Source: Gammaproteobacteria bacterium (GTDB lineage: Bacteria; Pseudomonadota; Gammaproteobacteria; HyVt-429). From it: DNA of 64,000 nucleotides. The position numbers were made by a program, and so were the translations under genes. The stretch is taken from NCBI GenBank assembly GCA_013152415.1, contig JAADGI010000019.1, positions 65,592-129,591 of the forward strand, in the 5' to 3' direction. The notes below the pieces were generated by a model. That model saw nothing but the letters and a program-made list of their open reading frames with translations, was not told the DNA's origin and ran no database searches. The first letter of the stretch is position 1, and every line of letters starts with the position of its first letter. Below are positions 19,182 to 29,365 of the stretch, piece after piece.

Positions 19182-20945
19182 TTAGTACACCCGTTTTTTG
19201 GGTGGAAATGTATCCACGGTCATGGGTTTTGTTCTCACTGGCTTATAATCCAGTTGGTGGTCTGTCTTGCTATAAAGAGAATGTCGCATCCATTCGGCAT
19301 CATTACGATCGGGATAGTCCAGACGCGAGTGGGCACCACGACTCTCGGTACGGGCGGCAGCGGACACCACCGTAGCGGTGGCCACGTCAACAAGATTCTC
19401 CAACTCCAACGCCTCCATGAAGGCGGTATTGAAGACCTTGGAATGATCGGACAAACGTACCTCATCCAGGCGTTCGCCCAAGGCAAGCACCTTGCTCACA
19501 CCCTCATCCAACACTTCCTGGGAACGAAATACACCACAATACTCTTCCATGATGCGCTGAAGTTCGGCAAGCATGGCAGAAACCGATTCGCCATCGCCAG
19601 GCCGCCGCCACTTGGACAATCGGGCCAAGGCCATATCAATGCTTTCACTGGCAAGTGGCCGGTGATAGCGATTCTCCTTAAGAAAGGCAATAATGTGATT
19701 ACCGGCGGCACGACCAAAGACAACGATATCCAACAAAGAATTGCCGCCCAGTCGATTGGCGCCATGCACCGAGACGCAGGCACACTCGCCTGCGGCATAC
19801 AGACCCACCACCTCTTCTTCGGCACCGTGGCCAACGGGCGCGACCACCTGACCGTATCGGTTAGTGGGAATACCACCCATGGTGTAATGGGCAGTGGGGT
19901 AAACCGGGATCGGAGATTCGATAGGATCGACGCCACCAAAACGTATGGCCATCTCACGTATAGCAGGCAATCGCTTTTTTATAACATCCGCTCCAAGGTG
20001 ATCGACCTTAAGCAGCACATGATCCTTATTTTCACCACAACCTCGACCCTCTCTGACTTCAATGGCAATGGCGCGGCTGACCACATCCCGGCTGGCCAGA
20101 TCTTTGACATGGGGGGCATAGCGCTCCATGAAGCGTTCCCCATCCCCATTGACCAAATAGCCTCCTTCACCCCGCACCCCCTCACTGATCAGCATACCCT
20201 TGCCGGCGATACCAGTGGGATGAAATTGCACAAATTCCATGTCCTCCAGGGGGAGGCCGGCACGCAAGGCCATGGCCATGCCGTCACCGGTATTGATCAT
20301 GGCATTGGTGGAGGTGCGAAACATGCGACCGGCACCCCCCGTCGCCAATAGTGTGGTCTTGGCTTCAATCACCATCACTTCGCCAGTTTCAATTTCAATC
20401 ACCACCGCACCCAGGGCCACACCCTCCTCATCACGAACCAGGTCGACAGCAAAATATTCATCAAAAAAATGGGTCTTGGCTCGAATATTCTGCTGATACA
20501 GGGCATGGAGGATGGCGTGTCCAGTACGATCGGCAGCGGCACAGGTTCGTGAGGCCTGATCACCTCCAAAATTCTGACTCTGTCCCCCGAAGGGCCGTTG
20601 GTAGATATGACCGTCTTCCAAACGGGTAAAGGGTACACCGTAGTGCTCGAGTTCGATGACCTGACGTGAGGCGGCACGACACATGTACTCAATGGCGTCC
20701 TGATCCCCCAGATAGTCGCTGCCTTTAACGGTGTCATACATATGCCAGTGCCAGTTATCCGGCGTGACATTTCCCAAGGCCGCATTCATGCCTCCCTGTG
20801 CGGCCACGGTATGAGAACGTGTGGGAAATACCTTGGTCACCACCGCAACATGCAGGTCCGCCTGTGCCAACTGGAGTGCGGCCCGCAGACCACCCCCCCC
20901 TGCACCAATAACCAAACAATCGAAACGTCGATGCGGCAACTTCAT
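19182..20945 (-). CDS. sdhA: Succinate dehydrogenase flavoprotein
   Basis: RSHTVAAQGG FAD-attachment motif, QFHPTG, HGANRLGGNSL. Confidence 0.97.
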   Translation of the reverse strand: MKLPHRRFDCLVIGAGGGGLRAALQLAQADLHVAVVTKVFPTRSHTVAAQGGMNAALGNVTPDNWHWHMYDTVKGSDYLGDQDAIEYMCRAASRQVIELEHYGVPFTRLEDGHIYQRPFGGQSQNFGGDQASRTCAAADRTGHAILHALYQQNIRAKTHFFDEYFAVDLVRDEEGVALGAVVIEIETGEVMVIEAKTTLLATGGAGRMFRTSTNAMINTGDGMAMALRAGLPLEDMEFVQFHPTGIAGKGMLISEGVRGEGGYLVNGDGERFMERYAPHVKDLASRDVVSRAIAIEVREGRGCGENKDHVLLKVDHLGADVIKKRLPAIREMAIRFGGVDPIESPIPVYPTAHYTMGGIPTNRYGQVVAPVGHGAEEEVVGLYAAGECACVSVHGANRLGGNSLLDIVVFGRAAGNHIIAFLKENRYHRPLASESIDMALARLSKWRRPGDGESVSAMLAELQRIMEEYCGVFRSQEVLDEGVSKVLALGERLDEVRLSDHSKVFNTAFMEALELENLVDVATATVVSAAARTESRGAHSRLDYPDRNDAEWMRHSLYSKTDHQLDYKPVRTKPMTVDTFPPKKRVY

Positions 20946-20946
20946 T

Positions 20947-21300
20947 TCATCCCCTCAAAAGAAATATATCCATCGTCCACAACGTCAATGCGGCGAATAT
21001 AAAGATCAGTGCTGATAAAATAACAAACCGCAACCAAAAGGGTTTGATGTAGTCCATAATGACACTACGCAGTCCAATCCAGGCGTGAATGATAATGCTG
21101 AGCCAAAAAAGGGTAAACGCGATACTCACGCCTGTCCCGGTGACCCATGCGACCCACGCCGCATAGTCTTGTATGGGCTGCAGATAGAGTTTGACGCCAA
21201 CAAAGAGGGCAAAACCACCGATGTAAAGTGACGTCAACCGTTGTAGCAGCCATTCTCCCAGACCCCGGCGCAGGCTACTTCGGTACTCTGGCTTCACCAT
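20947..21300 (-). CDS. sdhD: Succinate dehydrogenase membrane anchor
   Basis: WLLQRLTS, HAWIGLRSVIMDY. Confidence 0.92.
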   Translation of the reverse strand: MVKPEYRSSLRRGLGEWLLQRLTSLYIGGFALFVGVKLYLQPIQDYAAWVAWVTGTGVSIAFTLFWLSIIIHAWIGLRSVIMDYIKPFWLRFVILSALIFIFAALTLWTMDIFLLRG

Positions 21301-21677
21301 AGCAGACCGCCCCCCACCCCTAGCACACAAAGGCCGACGACAATAAAAACCAGCCAGGCACTGCGCCTGGCTGTATCACGGCTCTCGCCTATATTTAAAT
21401 CCAGCAACAGGTGGCGTAGACCAGATAGGAGATGCTGGATCAAAATTGCGAACAGAACAAACACCACAAATTGCCCCAACGGGGACCCGATTGGGTCCAT
21501 CACAGTCTGATAGCCCTGCTCGCTGGACAAAGATAATTCGAATAGATACAGCGTTGCAGGTATAGCCAGACTTAACAATACACCCGTGACTCGGTGAGCA
21601 ATGGACAACACCCCGCCAACGGGCAGGCGGATTTGAAGCAGGTTCAGAAAGATAGGTCGTTTCTTATTGGTAAACAT
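21294..21677 (-). CDS. sdhC: Succinate dehydrogenase cytochrome b556 subunit
   Basis: RPIFLNL, SIAHRVTG, HLLSGLRHL. Confidence 0.93.
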   Translation of the reverse strand: MFTNKKRPIFLNLLQIRLPVGGVLSIAHRVTGVLLSLAIPATLYLFELSLSSEQGYQTVMDPIGSPLGQFVVFVLFAILIQHLLSGLRHLLLDLNIGESRDTARRSAWLVFIVVGLCVLGVGGGLLW

Positions 21678-21781
21678 TAGCTATTGTAAGTTTAACCCCT
21701 GTAGATTGGTTTTCCACCCACTTTGCAAGTTTTTTAGACACGCGTATCATTGCCCAACCCTTTTTGCTGGAGCTACATACG

Positions 21782-22834
21782 ATGAGTATGCCCGAAGCGT
21801 GGCGAAACTTCATACAGAATCAAGGCGCCAATCTCCTTGATGCGTATGTGCTCGGATTCCAAGATCCGGCCCATGAATGTGCCCTGGGTGCTACAAACGA
21901 TATTTTGATGGATCTATCCCACTACCCACTGCTGCGCGCCAAGGGGGATGAGGCCCAATCCTTCCTTCATGGCCAACTGACCAACGATCTTCAGGCCCTG
22001 GATGCCCATCACATGCAACTCCAGGCCTACTGTAGTCCCAAGGGCCGGGTAATCAGCATCATGCATGTACTGCGAGACGGTGATGACTTTTTACTGCAGA
22101 TAAGCGATGCGCTTCTAAAATCGACCCAACAGCGCCTGCAGATGTACATGCTGCGCGCCCAACTCACATTGAACCACGACTCAGATATAGTCGCAGTGGG
22201 TATCGCCGGGCCCAGCGCAAAGACCAAACTGCAGGCTGTCTTTGGGCTCCCCCCTGGGGAGGTCTACCAAGTAACACAGCACGATACAGTAAAATTGATT
22301 CGTATGCCCGGTACCGTCCCCCGCTTTCAGTTAATAGGCCCCATCGAAAAAATGACCGAGTACTGGCTGAAATTGGCAGCACACTTTACAAGCGTAGGCA
22401 GCCACCGCTGGGCCTGGCTGACAATTGCTGCAGGCCAACCCAGCCTGTACCCAGCAACCCAGGATCAGTTCATCCCACAGATGCTCAATCTTGATCTGGT
22501 GGGAGGACTAAACTTCAAAAAAGGCTGTTACCCTGGCCAGGAAATCGTTGCCCGGACCCATTACCTGGGCAAGCTGAAACAGCGCATGGTCCGAGCCAAC
22601 CTAAAGTCAGATAATTTGCCTCTACCAGGCGAGCGGCTTTTCGCAGCAAACAACAACAATCAGTCTGTAGGCCAGGTCGTGGATGCCCAAGCCTCACCCC
22701 AGGGCGGTTTTGATTTGCTTGCAGTGGTGAGGACTGCCACGCTTGCGGACGGCCCACTCCTTCTTGGCGCTGGTGATAACAATGCTGTGAGCCTTCTGGA
22801 CCTACCCTATAGCCTGGATAAACCCGCATCATGA
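21782..22834 (+). CDS. ygfZ: Folate-binding Fe-S repair / tRNA-modification protein YgfZ
   Basis: FLHGQLTND and KGCYPGQE signature. Confidence 0.93.
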   Translation: MSMPEAWRNFIQNQGANLLDAYVLGFQDPAHECALGATNDILMDLSHYPLLRAKGDEAQSFLHGQLTNDLQALDAHHMQLQAYCSPKGRVISIMHVLRDGDDFLLQISDALLKSTQQRLQMYMLRAQLTLNHDSDIVAVGIAGPSAKTKLQAVFGLPPGEVYQVTQHDTVKLIRMPGTVPRFQLIGPIEKMTEYWLKLAAHFTSVGSHRWAWLTIAAGQPSLYPATQDQFIPQMLNLDLVGGLNFKKGCYPGQEIVARTHYLGKLKQRMVRANLKSDNLPLPGERLFAANNNNQSVGQVVDAQASPQGGFDLLAVVRTATLADGPLLLGAGDNNAVSLLDLPYSLDKPAS

Positions 22835-22975
22835 TCAACCCGAAACAATGGCCTCATCTGAAATGTGCAGCCGTATCGGACACGCGATCCCAAAAACCGG
22901 GAATCAATATGCCCGCTACGCGCACGGCCATGCCGCTGAAGGTGACAATCTGCACTAACCGAAGGGGGGCTTAAT

Positions 22976-23608
22976 TTGCTGAAAGTCCTAATTGTTGACG
23001 ACCACGACATAGCCAGGGCTGGAGTGAAGCTTGTCTTGTCAGAGGCTGATATGCCGTTTAAATTTGGCGAGGCCAGTACCGCCGGTGAAGCCATACAGTT
23101 ACTACATGACAAAACCTGGGATGTAGTCATACTCGATATCTCATTACCCGATCTCAATGGCATCGAACTTTTAAAGCGCATAAGGACAAACTGGAAGACA
23201 TTACCCGTACTCATCATGAGCGCCCACCCGGAGGATCAGTATGCAATACGGGCATTCCGTTCCGGTGCGGCAGGATATTTGGTAAAAACAAATGCACTGG
23301 CCAAGCTGCTCCCCGCCATCCGTAAGGTGACCAGTGGGGGACGCTATATCGATATAGGCTTGGCCGAAAAATTAATCATGTCTCTGGATGAAGTCTCTGA
23401 GGGACCTGTCCACAAACGTCTTTCAGATCGTGAGTATGAAGTGATGTGTATGATCGCCTCTGGTATGAGGCTAACCGATATCTCCAAGGAAATCTCGCTA
23501 AGCGTAAAGACAATCAGCACCTACCGTGGACGAATCCTGGCCAAGATGGAAATGAAGAATAATGCACAATTGACCCATTACGCGATTGCACAGGGTCTTG
23601 TTAAATGA
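22976..23608 (+). CDS. NarL/UvrY-family response regulator (REC plus LuxR HTH)
   Basis: VLIVDDH, LDISLPD, GYLVK, LSDREYEV, SVKTISTYR; TTG start with GGGGG RBS. Confidence 0.92.
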   Translation: MLKVLIVDDHDIARAGVKLVLSEADMPFKFGEASTAGEAIQLLHDKTWDVVILDISLPDLNGIELLKRIRTNWKTLPVLIMSAHPEDQYAIRAFRSGAAGYLVKTNALAKLLPAIRKVTSGGRYIDIGLAEKLIMSLDEVSEGPVHKRLSDREYEVMCMIASGMRLTDISKEISLSVKTISTYRGRILAKMEMKNNAQLTHYAIAQGLVK

Positions 23609-23634
23609 ACGACTGCAGCTCGATATGATGACGG

Positions 23635-24177
23635 CTATGCAGCCAGATCATTGATATCCAGCACCTTGTCCAGATTCAATAACACGACAAATTCTTTATC
23701 GATCCGCCCCATCCCCGCTATATAGTCCACATGTATTTTCATGCCAAACGCCGGCACTTCCCCTATATGATCGTTAGCTATATGAAACACCTTATTTACT
23801 GCATCAACCAACACGCCTATTTCCATGGTTTCGTCATCTGCCCTTACCTCTACCAGCACGATACTTGTACGCTTTGTAATCTCACCCTTATTCAATCCAA
23901 GACGCGCCGATAGATCTATCACCGGTATAATATTACCCCGTAGGTTGATAACACCACGTATGTACTCAGGTACCAACGGCACCTTACATACATTACCGTA
24001 CTCTATAATCTCCTTGATGCACAGAATATCAATCCCTAACACCTCGCAACCAACCAGAAATGTCAGAAATTTATTGTGATGTTCTTCGTCTATTTTATGG
24101 GCCCTCACTATGTCAGCCGCTACATTTCGCGACACTAGCGCATTACCCTGATCGACACTTTGTATCATTTCACTCAT
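23635..24177 (-). CDS. cheW: Chemotaxis coupling protein CheW
   Basis: FLTF, IKEIIEY, GVINLRGNIIPVIDL, GVLVDAV. Confidence 0.92.
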   Translation of the reverse strand: MSEMIQSVDQGNALVSRNVAADIVRAHKIDEEHHNKFLTFLVGCEVLGIDILCIKEIIEYGNVCKVPLVPEYIRGVINLRGNIIPVIDLSARLGLNKGEITKRTSIVLVEVRADDETMEIGVLVDAVNKVFHIANDHIGEVPAFGMKIHVDYIAGMGRIDKEFVVLLNLDKVLDINDLAA

Positions 24178-24320
24178 CGGCTATCTCCAAACCCTAATTA
24201 ACAGATCACTGTCCCGTTAACCTAAGCTTGATGCACAGTAACACTCTGATTATCAGGACGAACGATGCGTTCAATGGCATTACAGACATGAATTGAACAA
24301 CTCGGCAATCAAAGCCATCT

Positions 24321-24353
24321 CTTCTCCCTCAGGGAGAAGGCCAGGATGAGGGG
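24321..24353 (+). repeat. REP-like palindromic element (CCCTCTCCC..GGGAGAGGG..GGGTGAGGG type)
   Basis: CTTCTCCC-TCA-GGGAGAAG followed by GCCAGGATGAGGG; partial second half CCTTCTCCCCC near 24383. Confidence 0.6.
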
Positions 24354-24466
24354 ATATACAAAAAACGAGTTATCGTTTATTACCTTCTCCCCCCAAACTA
24401 CAGGCTACTTGTTGATAAAGTGAATCTGCATGCCAACAAACCGCCCATCTGCTCTATTGTGCTGAC

Positions 24467-26332
24467 TCATACCGCTCTAGCGAAAGACTCAAAATCTTTT
24501 TCTTCACCTGTATGTGCCGATTTCAGTTCAGACACAGGGGAAACATGGTCGATATTTTCTGACACCCTACTCTCCGCGCCTTTCACATCGCCATCCAATT
24601 TAAAAAATCCGATGACCTGCTGCAAATTCAACGCATGTGCACTCAATTCTTCCGAAGTCGCCGCCAGCTCCTCCGATGCGGAGGCCGAAGTTTGCGCAAC
24701 CTGATCAAGTTGCCCCATCGCACTGTTGACCTGCGCCACACCACATGATTGCTCTTCCGATGCCGCCGTAATCTCCTGCACCAGGTCTGCTGTTTTCCTG
24801 ATTTTCGGCACCATCTCTTCCAGCAATTTACCGGCACCTTCCGCCACCTTGACACTATTGCCCGCCTGCTCGCTGATTTCCTGTGCCGATGTCTGACTGC
24901 GTTCAGCCAACTTACGCACCTCATCCGCCACTACGGCAAATCCCTTTCCATGTTCACCAGCCCGTGCCGCCTCGATAGCGGCATTTAATGCCAATAAATT
25001 GGTCTTGTAGGCAATATCCTCGATCAAGACGATTTTGCTGGCGATCTCCTTCATGGCCACAACGGTCTCGGCCACTGCCTTGCCACCGTCGGCCGCTTGT
25101 TGTGCCGCCTTGGTGGCAATACCATCCGTCGCACTGGAGTTCTCGGCATTTTGCTTGATTGAGGCACCCATCTGCTCCAGTGAGGCACTGGTTTCTTCCA
25201 CGCTTGCCGCCTGTTCGGATGAACCCTGACTTAAAGACTGTGCGGAGCTATTCACCTGCTCCGATGCACTCGCCACAGCCTCGACCGAGCCACGCACCTC
25301 CAACAACACACCCTGGATCTTTTCCAGGAAGCCGTTTAGGGACCGCGAGATATTGCCAATTTCATCACGGCCATTTGCCGGCATCCTGTAAGTCAAGTCA
25401 CCATCGCCCTTACGCAGATCATCCACCGCCACCTGTATCTTCTTCAGGGGGGCACAAATACTGCGCACCAGAAAAAGGATAAAAACACCAACGATCATCA
25501 TAATACCAGCCATAATGGCCATCGAACGTTTACTGTCAACATCAATCTGGTGCTCAATACTGGTTGACAGTTCCTTAGTCATATCTACGAGCAAAACTTC
25601 AGTCTGGTGTATGGTTTTGCGCATACCCCCAAGTAAGCCATGCTTGGAATCCAGGCCAATATGAATCTCGGCGTCAACAAGTGCATGGAAGTCTTGTTTA
25701 TAGGCATTGATATAGTCCTTGATAAGCTTTGCCTTCTCAGGCTTTAGGCCTGATCTGTCAAGGACACCGAGAAAGACCCCAATATTTTTATCAAACTTCC
25801 CGACATACTTTTCCGTGCGTCGCAGCATAAAATCCTTCTCGTTACGACGCAGCATGAGCATGGCGCTTAGCAGTTCGTAATGACCCAGTTTTTTGATCTC
25901 CCTTTCCGCCTTATGCACGGCATTCCGCAAAGAGCCATACAGGCCATCCTTCGCATGCAGCCCTATCTTTTGTTGTGTCTCAATTATATTAGCAAATCTG
26001 CTTTGGTACGCAGATAAAATTTTTCCATACTCCAATACCTTTCTGTTATCGAACCCGCTACGTTCAAGCCGCGCACCAAGCTCAACAACTTTTTTTTGGA
26101 GTGCATCATGATTTTTCTCAAACTTGTCGCGGTATTTCAGCTGTTTTCTGGCAAGAAAATCCTTCTCATTACGCCGCAACATCAACATCCCGGCTTCAAG
26201 CTTTGCTACCAGAGTTACACTTTCTTCCAGTGTCCTTACTGTGTTCGTCGTATAGCGTTGATTGGCAAACATCCCCACAAAAGACAGTGCCAGCACAAAG
26301 CCTAACAGGCCGAGTTTTTTCACAATGCTCAT
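24467..26332 (-). CDS. Methyl-accepting chemotaxis protein with helical periplasmic sensor (HBM-like), HAMP and signalling domain
   Basis: Two TM segments, duplicated [55 protein letters not shown]. Confidence 0.95.
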   Translation of the reverse strand: MSIVKKLGLLGFVLALSFVGMFANQRYTTNTVRTLEESVTLVAKLEAGMLMLRRNEKDFLARKQLKYRDKFEKNHDALQKKVVELGARLERSGFDNRKVLEYGKILSAYQSRFANIIETQQKIGLHAKDGLYGSLRNAVHKAEREIKKLGHYELLSAMLMLRRNEKDFMLRRTEKYVGKFDKNIGVFLGVLDRSGLKPEKAKLIKDYINAYKQDFHALVDAEIHIGLDSKHGLLGGMRKTIHQTEVLLVDMTKELSTSIEHQIDVDSKRSMAIMAGIMMIVGVFILFLVRSICAPLKKIQVAVDDLRKGDGDLTYRMPANGRDEIGNISRSLNGFLEKIQGVLLEVRGSVEAVASASEQVNSSAQSLSQGSSEQAASVEETSASLEQMGASIKQNAENSSATDGIATKAAQQAADGGKAVAETVVAMKEIASKIVLIEDIAYKTNLLALNAAIEAARAGEHGKGFAVVADEVRKLAERSQTSAQEISEQAGNSVKVAEGAGKLLEEMVPKIRKTADLVQEITAASEEQSCGVAQVNSAMGQLDQVAQTSASASEELAATSEELSAHALNLQQVIGFFKLDGDVKGAESRVSENIDHVSPVSELKSAHTGEEKDFESFARAV

Positions 26333-26551
26333 TATTGTCCTCTCCTATATCACCATGGTACATTGCCAAATATTTCAATGTTGTGTTGCCAGGGAACGCT
26401 CATACCCAAGTGGGTTGGAATATTTTCTTTGATATCCAGCATCAGTCGCACCAAAACGTACACATCCAGTATTACCATCGCCTAAGATGGTTGATCCAAT
26501 GATATTTTCAATACCCTCTAGCAATGGATCTTTTCCCATTCGTCAAAGAGA

Positions 26552-26578
26552 CTAGCGGCCAGCGACAGCTTTCCTATA
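26552..26578 (-). promoter_or_regulatory. Possible sigma-28 (FliA) promoter of the mcp-cheW unit
   Basis: Minus strand TATAGGAA-N11-GCCGCTAG versus consensus TAAAGTTT-N11-GCCGATAA; -35 weak. Confidence 0.3.
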
Positions 26579-26622
26579 GAAGAAAAATGCTATTTATTTT
26601 GTGATTATTAAGGGAAATATCT

Positions 26623-26639
26623 GTAGGTGTCTGTCCTAC
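26623..26639. promoter_or_regulatory. Palindromic operator GTAGG-N7-CCTAC
   Basis: GTAGG tgtctgt CCTAC in the AT-rich divergent mcp/kef intergenic region. Confidence 0.35.
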
Positions 26640-26973
26640 GTAATATAGACTAGGGACTATTGAACTAAGAAAGTAAAAACAAACACAAAAAGGTCAGCTA
26701 AAATGGGAAGGGTATCGTGTCAGAAACACCTAGGAAATACACATGGCTTCTCCTCAGCAAGGATATCAAACTGTGGCAAAAGGATGACTGTAAACCCACA
26801 TTTATCTTTAAATTCAGACTGTTACAATTAGAACCCCTGAGAAATCCAAACTATCAGGATAGCGCACAACCCACCAGGCTTGGGTGTGGCAGATTTCCAG
26901 CATAGAGCTGGTCTTATACAGGGGGAATAGTAACGGTGCATTCACATAAAAATACAGGAGAAAGATCCCGTCT

Positions 26974-28677
26974 GTGAATACTGATTATTTGCTTGATATT
27001 ATCATCCTGTTGTCTGCGGCAGTGATTGCCGTACCCTTGTTTCAATCCTTAAAGCTTGGAGCAATACCTGGCTTTTTAGTTGCCGGGGTGGTCTTAGGGC
27101 CGTCCGGGCTGGGTTATATCGAGAATTACGATGAAATTGCACGCTTTGCTGAACTGGGCGTAGTCCTGCTGTTGTTTGTTATTGGGATAGAAATCAATCC
27201 CTCCCGGCTTTGGAAGATGCGTGGGTTGGTGTTGGGGCTTGGTTCGCTCCAGGTTCTGGTCACGAGCGCTTTGATCACGATCATTGTCCATTCGTTTCTT
27301 AAGACATCTTGGGAACTTTCACTTTTGATTGGCCTAGCCTTGGCCCTGTCCTCAACAGCCTTTGTGCTTCAACTGTTAACAGAAAGAAAGGTGCTTTCCT
27401 CGGAATACGGAAGACCCTCCGTCGCCATATTGCTGTTGCAAGATCTGGCGGTCGTTCCCTTATTGGCCTTTGTTTCTCTAATGGCAGCACCAGAACTCAC
27501 AATAGCAGAAGATGTCCTGCTTGCATTGGCTAAAACTCTGATCATCCTGACCCTGATCATTATTGCTACCCGTTATATCTTAAACCCCCTGCTTAATATA
27601 CTCGCCCGCTTGGGTTCCCCTGAAATATTCACCGCATCTGCCTTGTTGCTGGTATTAGGTTCAGCGCATGCCATGGAGAGCATTGGACTCTCCATGGCCA
27701 TGGGGGCGTTTGTCGCGGGTCTTCTGATTGCCGATTCGTCTTATCGCCACCAGATTATCGCCGAAATCCAACCCTTCCGTGGTTTGTTGCTGGGCTTGTT
27801 TTTTATGTCGATGGGGATGTCGTTAAACCTTGGCCGCTTCCTGGATAATCCCCTGGCGCTTTTGAGCGTGGTGGTGGCGCTCATGGCCATCAAGTTCCTC
27901 GCCCTTTGGCCTCTGGTACGTTTGTTCGGCCTGAGGGGAAAGGTGCCCATTTCGGTAGCCTTACTCCTGGCGCAGAGCGGTGAATTTGCACTGGTATTGT
28001 TCGCCTTGGCGAAGGGCCTGAACCTTTTTGATGAAGCTTTGTTTCAGCACCTGCTTATTATTGTGCTGCTAAGCATGTTGGCAACGCCGCTGCTGGAGAA
28101 ATTGGCCAATCGGATATTTTTGTCTTCGCGGAAAAGTATTGCCATGATCCCTGATGTGGATGCAGGCAAAACAGAGCGGGGCGCCAAACCTGTTATTCTT
28201 GCCGGTTTTGGGCGGATGGGGCAAAGGATTGGCTATATCATGAGCTTGATGAAGGTGCCTTATGTTGCAATCGACAGCGATGTGTCTGTTGTTGAACGTG
28301 AACGTGGGAAAGGTAACTCGGTGTATTTTGGAGATGTCCAGCGCCAGGAAGTGCTCAGGGCTGCCGGGGTGGCTGATGCGCGTTTGGTGGTGGTCTCTAT
28401 TGATAACCTTGGGGCGACAGAACACGTGGTGTCCTCACTTCATTCCATTTTTCCAGACATTCCTGTTTTTGTGCGCGGGCATGACCTTATGAGGTGCCGT
28501 GAGCTTAAGGCCTTGGGTGCGCATCTTACGGTATCAGAAACCCTTGAAGCCAGCGCAGAACTGGCGCGTGTCGCCTTGCTCCACATAGGCGCGGAAGAAC
28601 CGGAAATAGAAGATGCCCTGGAACATTTTAGAAAAGACTATTATGGACGTATCAACCAAGACGTGCTGGAAACCTAA
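26974..28677 (+). CDS. CPA2-family K+/H+ antiporter (KefB/KefC-like) with TrkA-N domain
   Basis: AELGVVLLLFVIGIE, ALSSTA, LLLQDLAVVP, AQSGEFA, GFGRMGQ. Confidence 0.92.
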   Translation: MNTDYLLDIIILLSAAVIAVPLFQSLKLGAIPGFLVAGVVLGPSGLGYIENYDEIARFAELGVVLLLFVIGIEINPSRLWKMRGLVLGLGSLQVLVTSALITIIVHSFLKTSWELSLLIGLALALSSTAFVLQLLTERKVLSSEYGRPSVAILLLQDLAVVPLLAFVSLMAAPELTIAEDVLLALAKTLIILTLIIIATRYILNPLLNILARLGSPEIFTASALLLVLGSAHAMESIGLSMAMGAFVAGLLIADSSYRHQIIAEIQPFRGLLLGLFFMSMGMSLNLGRFLDNPLALLSVVVALMAIKFLALWPLVRLFGLRGKVPISVALLLAQSGEFALVLFALAKGLNLFDEALFQHLLIIVLLSMLATPLLEKLANRIFLSSRKSIAMIPDVDAGKTERGAKPVILAGFGRMGQRIGYIMSLMKVPYVAIDSDVSVVERERGKGNSVYFGDVQRQEVLRAAGVADARLVVVSIDNLGATEHVVSSLHSIFPDIPVFVRGHDLMRCRELKALGAHLTVSETLEASAELARVALLHIGAEEPEIEDALEHFRKDYYGRINQDVLET

Positions 28678-28885
28678 ATGGGTATTGTTGGCGCCGATTC
28701 GACAGGGCCATCGTGCCCGAAAGTCCATCGAATATCCAGGATCGTCACACAAACACAGGGCAACCCATGTCAAATTATGCAGCACAATAAAATTTCGCGA
28801 CCTTTACTGGTCTAACACTAGAGTCGCCCACTAAAATGCAAGGGTAGGTCCTGTTTTCTACCCCGCCTTGGCCCTATGGATATAT

Positions 28886-29365
28886 TCAGTGGCAGCCCCC
28901 AAACCGAACCGTCCCGACCAGTCCCGGGCACTCGATAGATGCCTGACCTTCAACAACGTAAATACTGTTAACAATGGTGTTCGTCTTACGCACATTCACG
29001 TCTATTAAGCGACAATCGGCCGAGCTAAATACCGCCAGAGGCTGTGATGCACCGGCCACCTCTACCGTAACTATTGACCCCTTGATAGCATCGCGTAACA
29101 AGCGGATACGCCTTCCCGGCTGGGACTCGCTTGACAGTTCCACACCAAAGAACCCAAGGGCCTGTCCTGATTCACAGGAAACGGGAACAAACGCAGTGTC
29201 ACCAAGGTGGCCACTCGTGCGCAAGCTACCCTCAATATCTGATGATGTCATAAAAAATATTGGCACAACCCCCAACAACACCACAATGACCAAGATCGGC
29301 ACGACCCTTCCTGTACGTTTTTTACTATCAGGGTTACTGGACCCAGACTGATCCGACTCTGCCAT
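28886..29365 (-). CDS. Hypothetical single-pass membrane protein with Cys-containing extracytoplasmic domain
   Basis: GAGGT RBS before ATG 29365; one TM segment (VVPILVIVVLLGVVPIFF); four Cys. Confidence 0.65.
   Translation of the reverse strand: MAESDQSGSSNPDSKKRTGRVVPILVIVVLLGVVPIFFMTSSDIEGSLRTSGHLGDTAFVPVSCESGQALGFFGVELSSESQPGRRIRLLRDAIKGSIVTVEVAGASQPLAVFSSADCRLIDVNVRKTNTIVNSIYVVEGQASIECPGLVGTVRFGGCH

Noticed and set aside
19254..20351. 365-aa ORF antisense to sdhA
   Set aside because: Shadow ORF fully overlapping a conserved gene on the opposite strand; no recognisable motifs.
26333..26973. Riboswitch (e.g. c-di-GMP) upstream of the MCP or Kef gene
   Set aside because: No recognisable aptamer consensus by eye on either strand; a covariance search would be needed to exclude it fully.
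28810..28886. GTCTAAC/GTTAGAC integron attC-like core near the hypothetical gene
   Set aside because: No matching partner core at a suitable distance and no integrase in the window.
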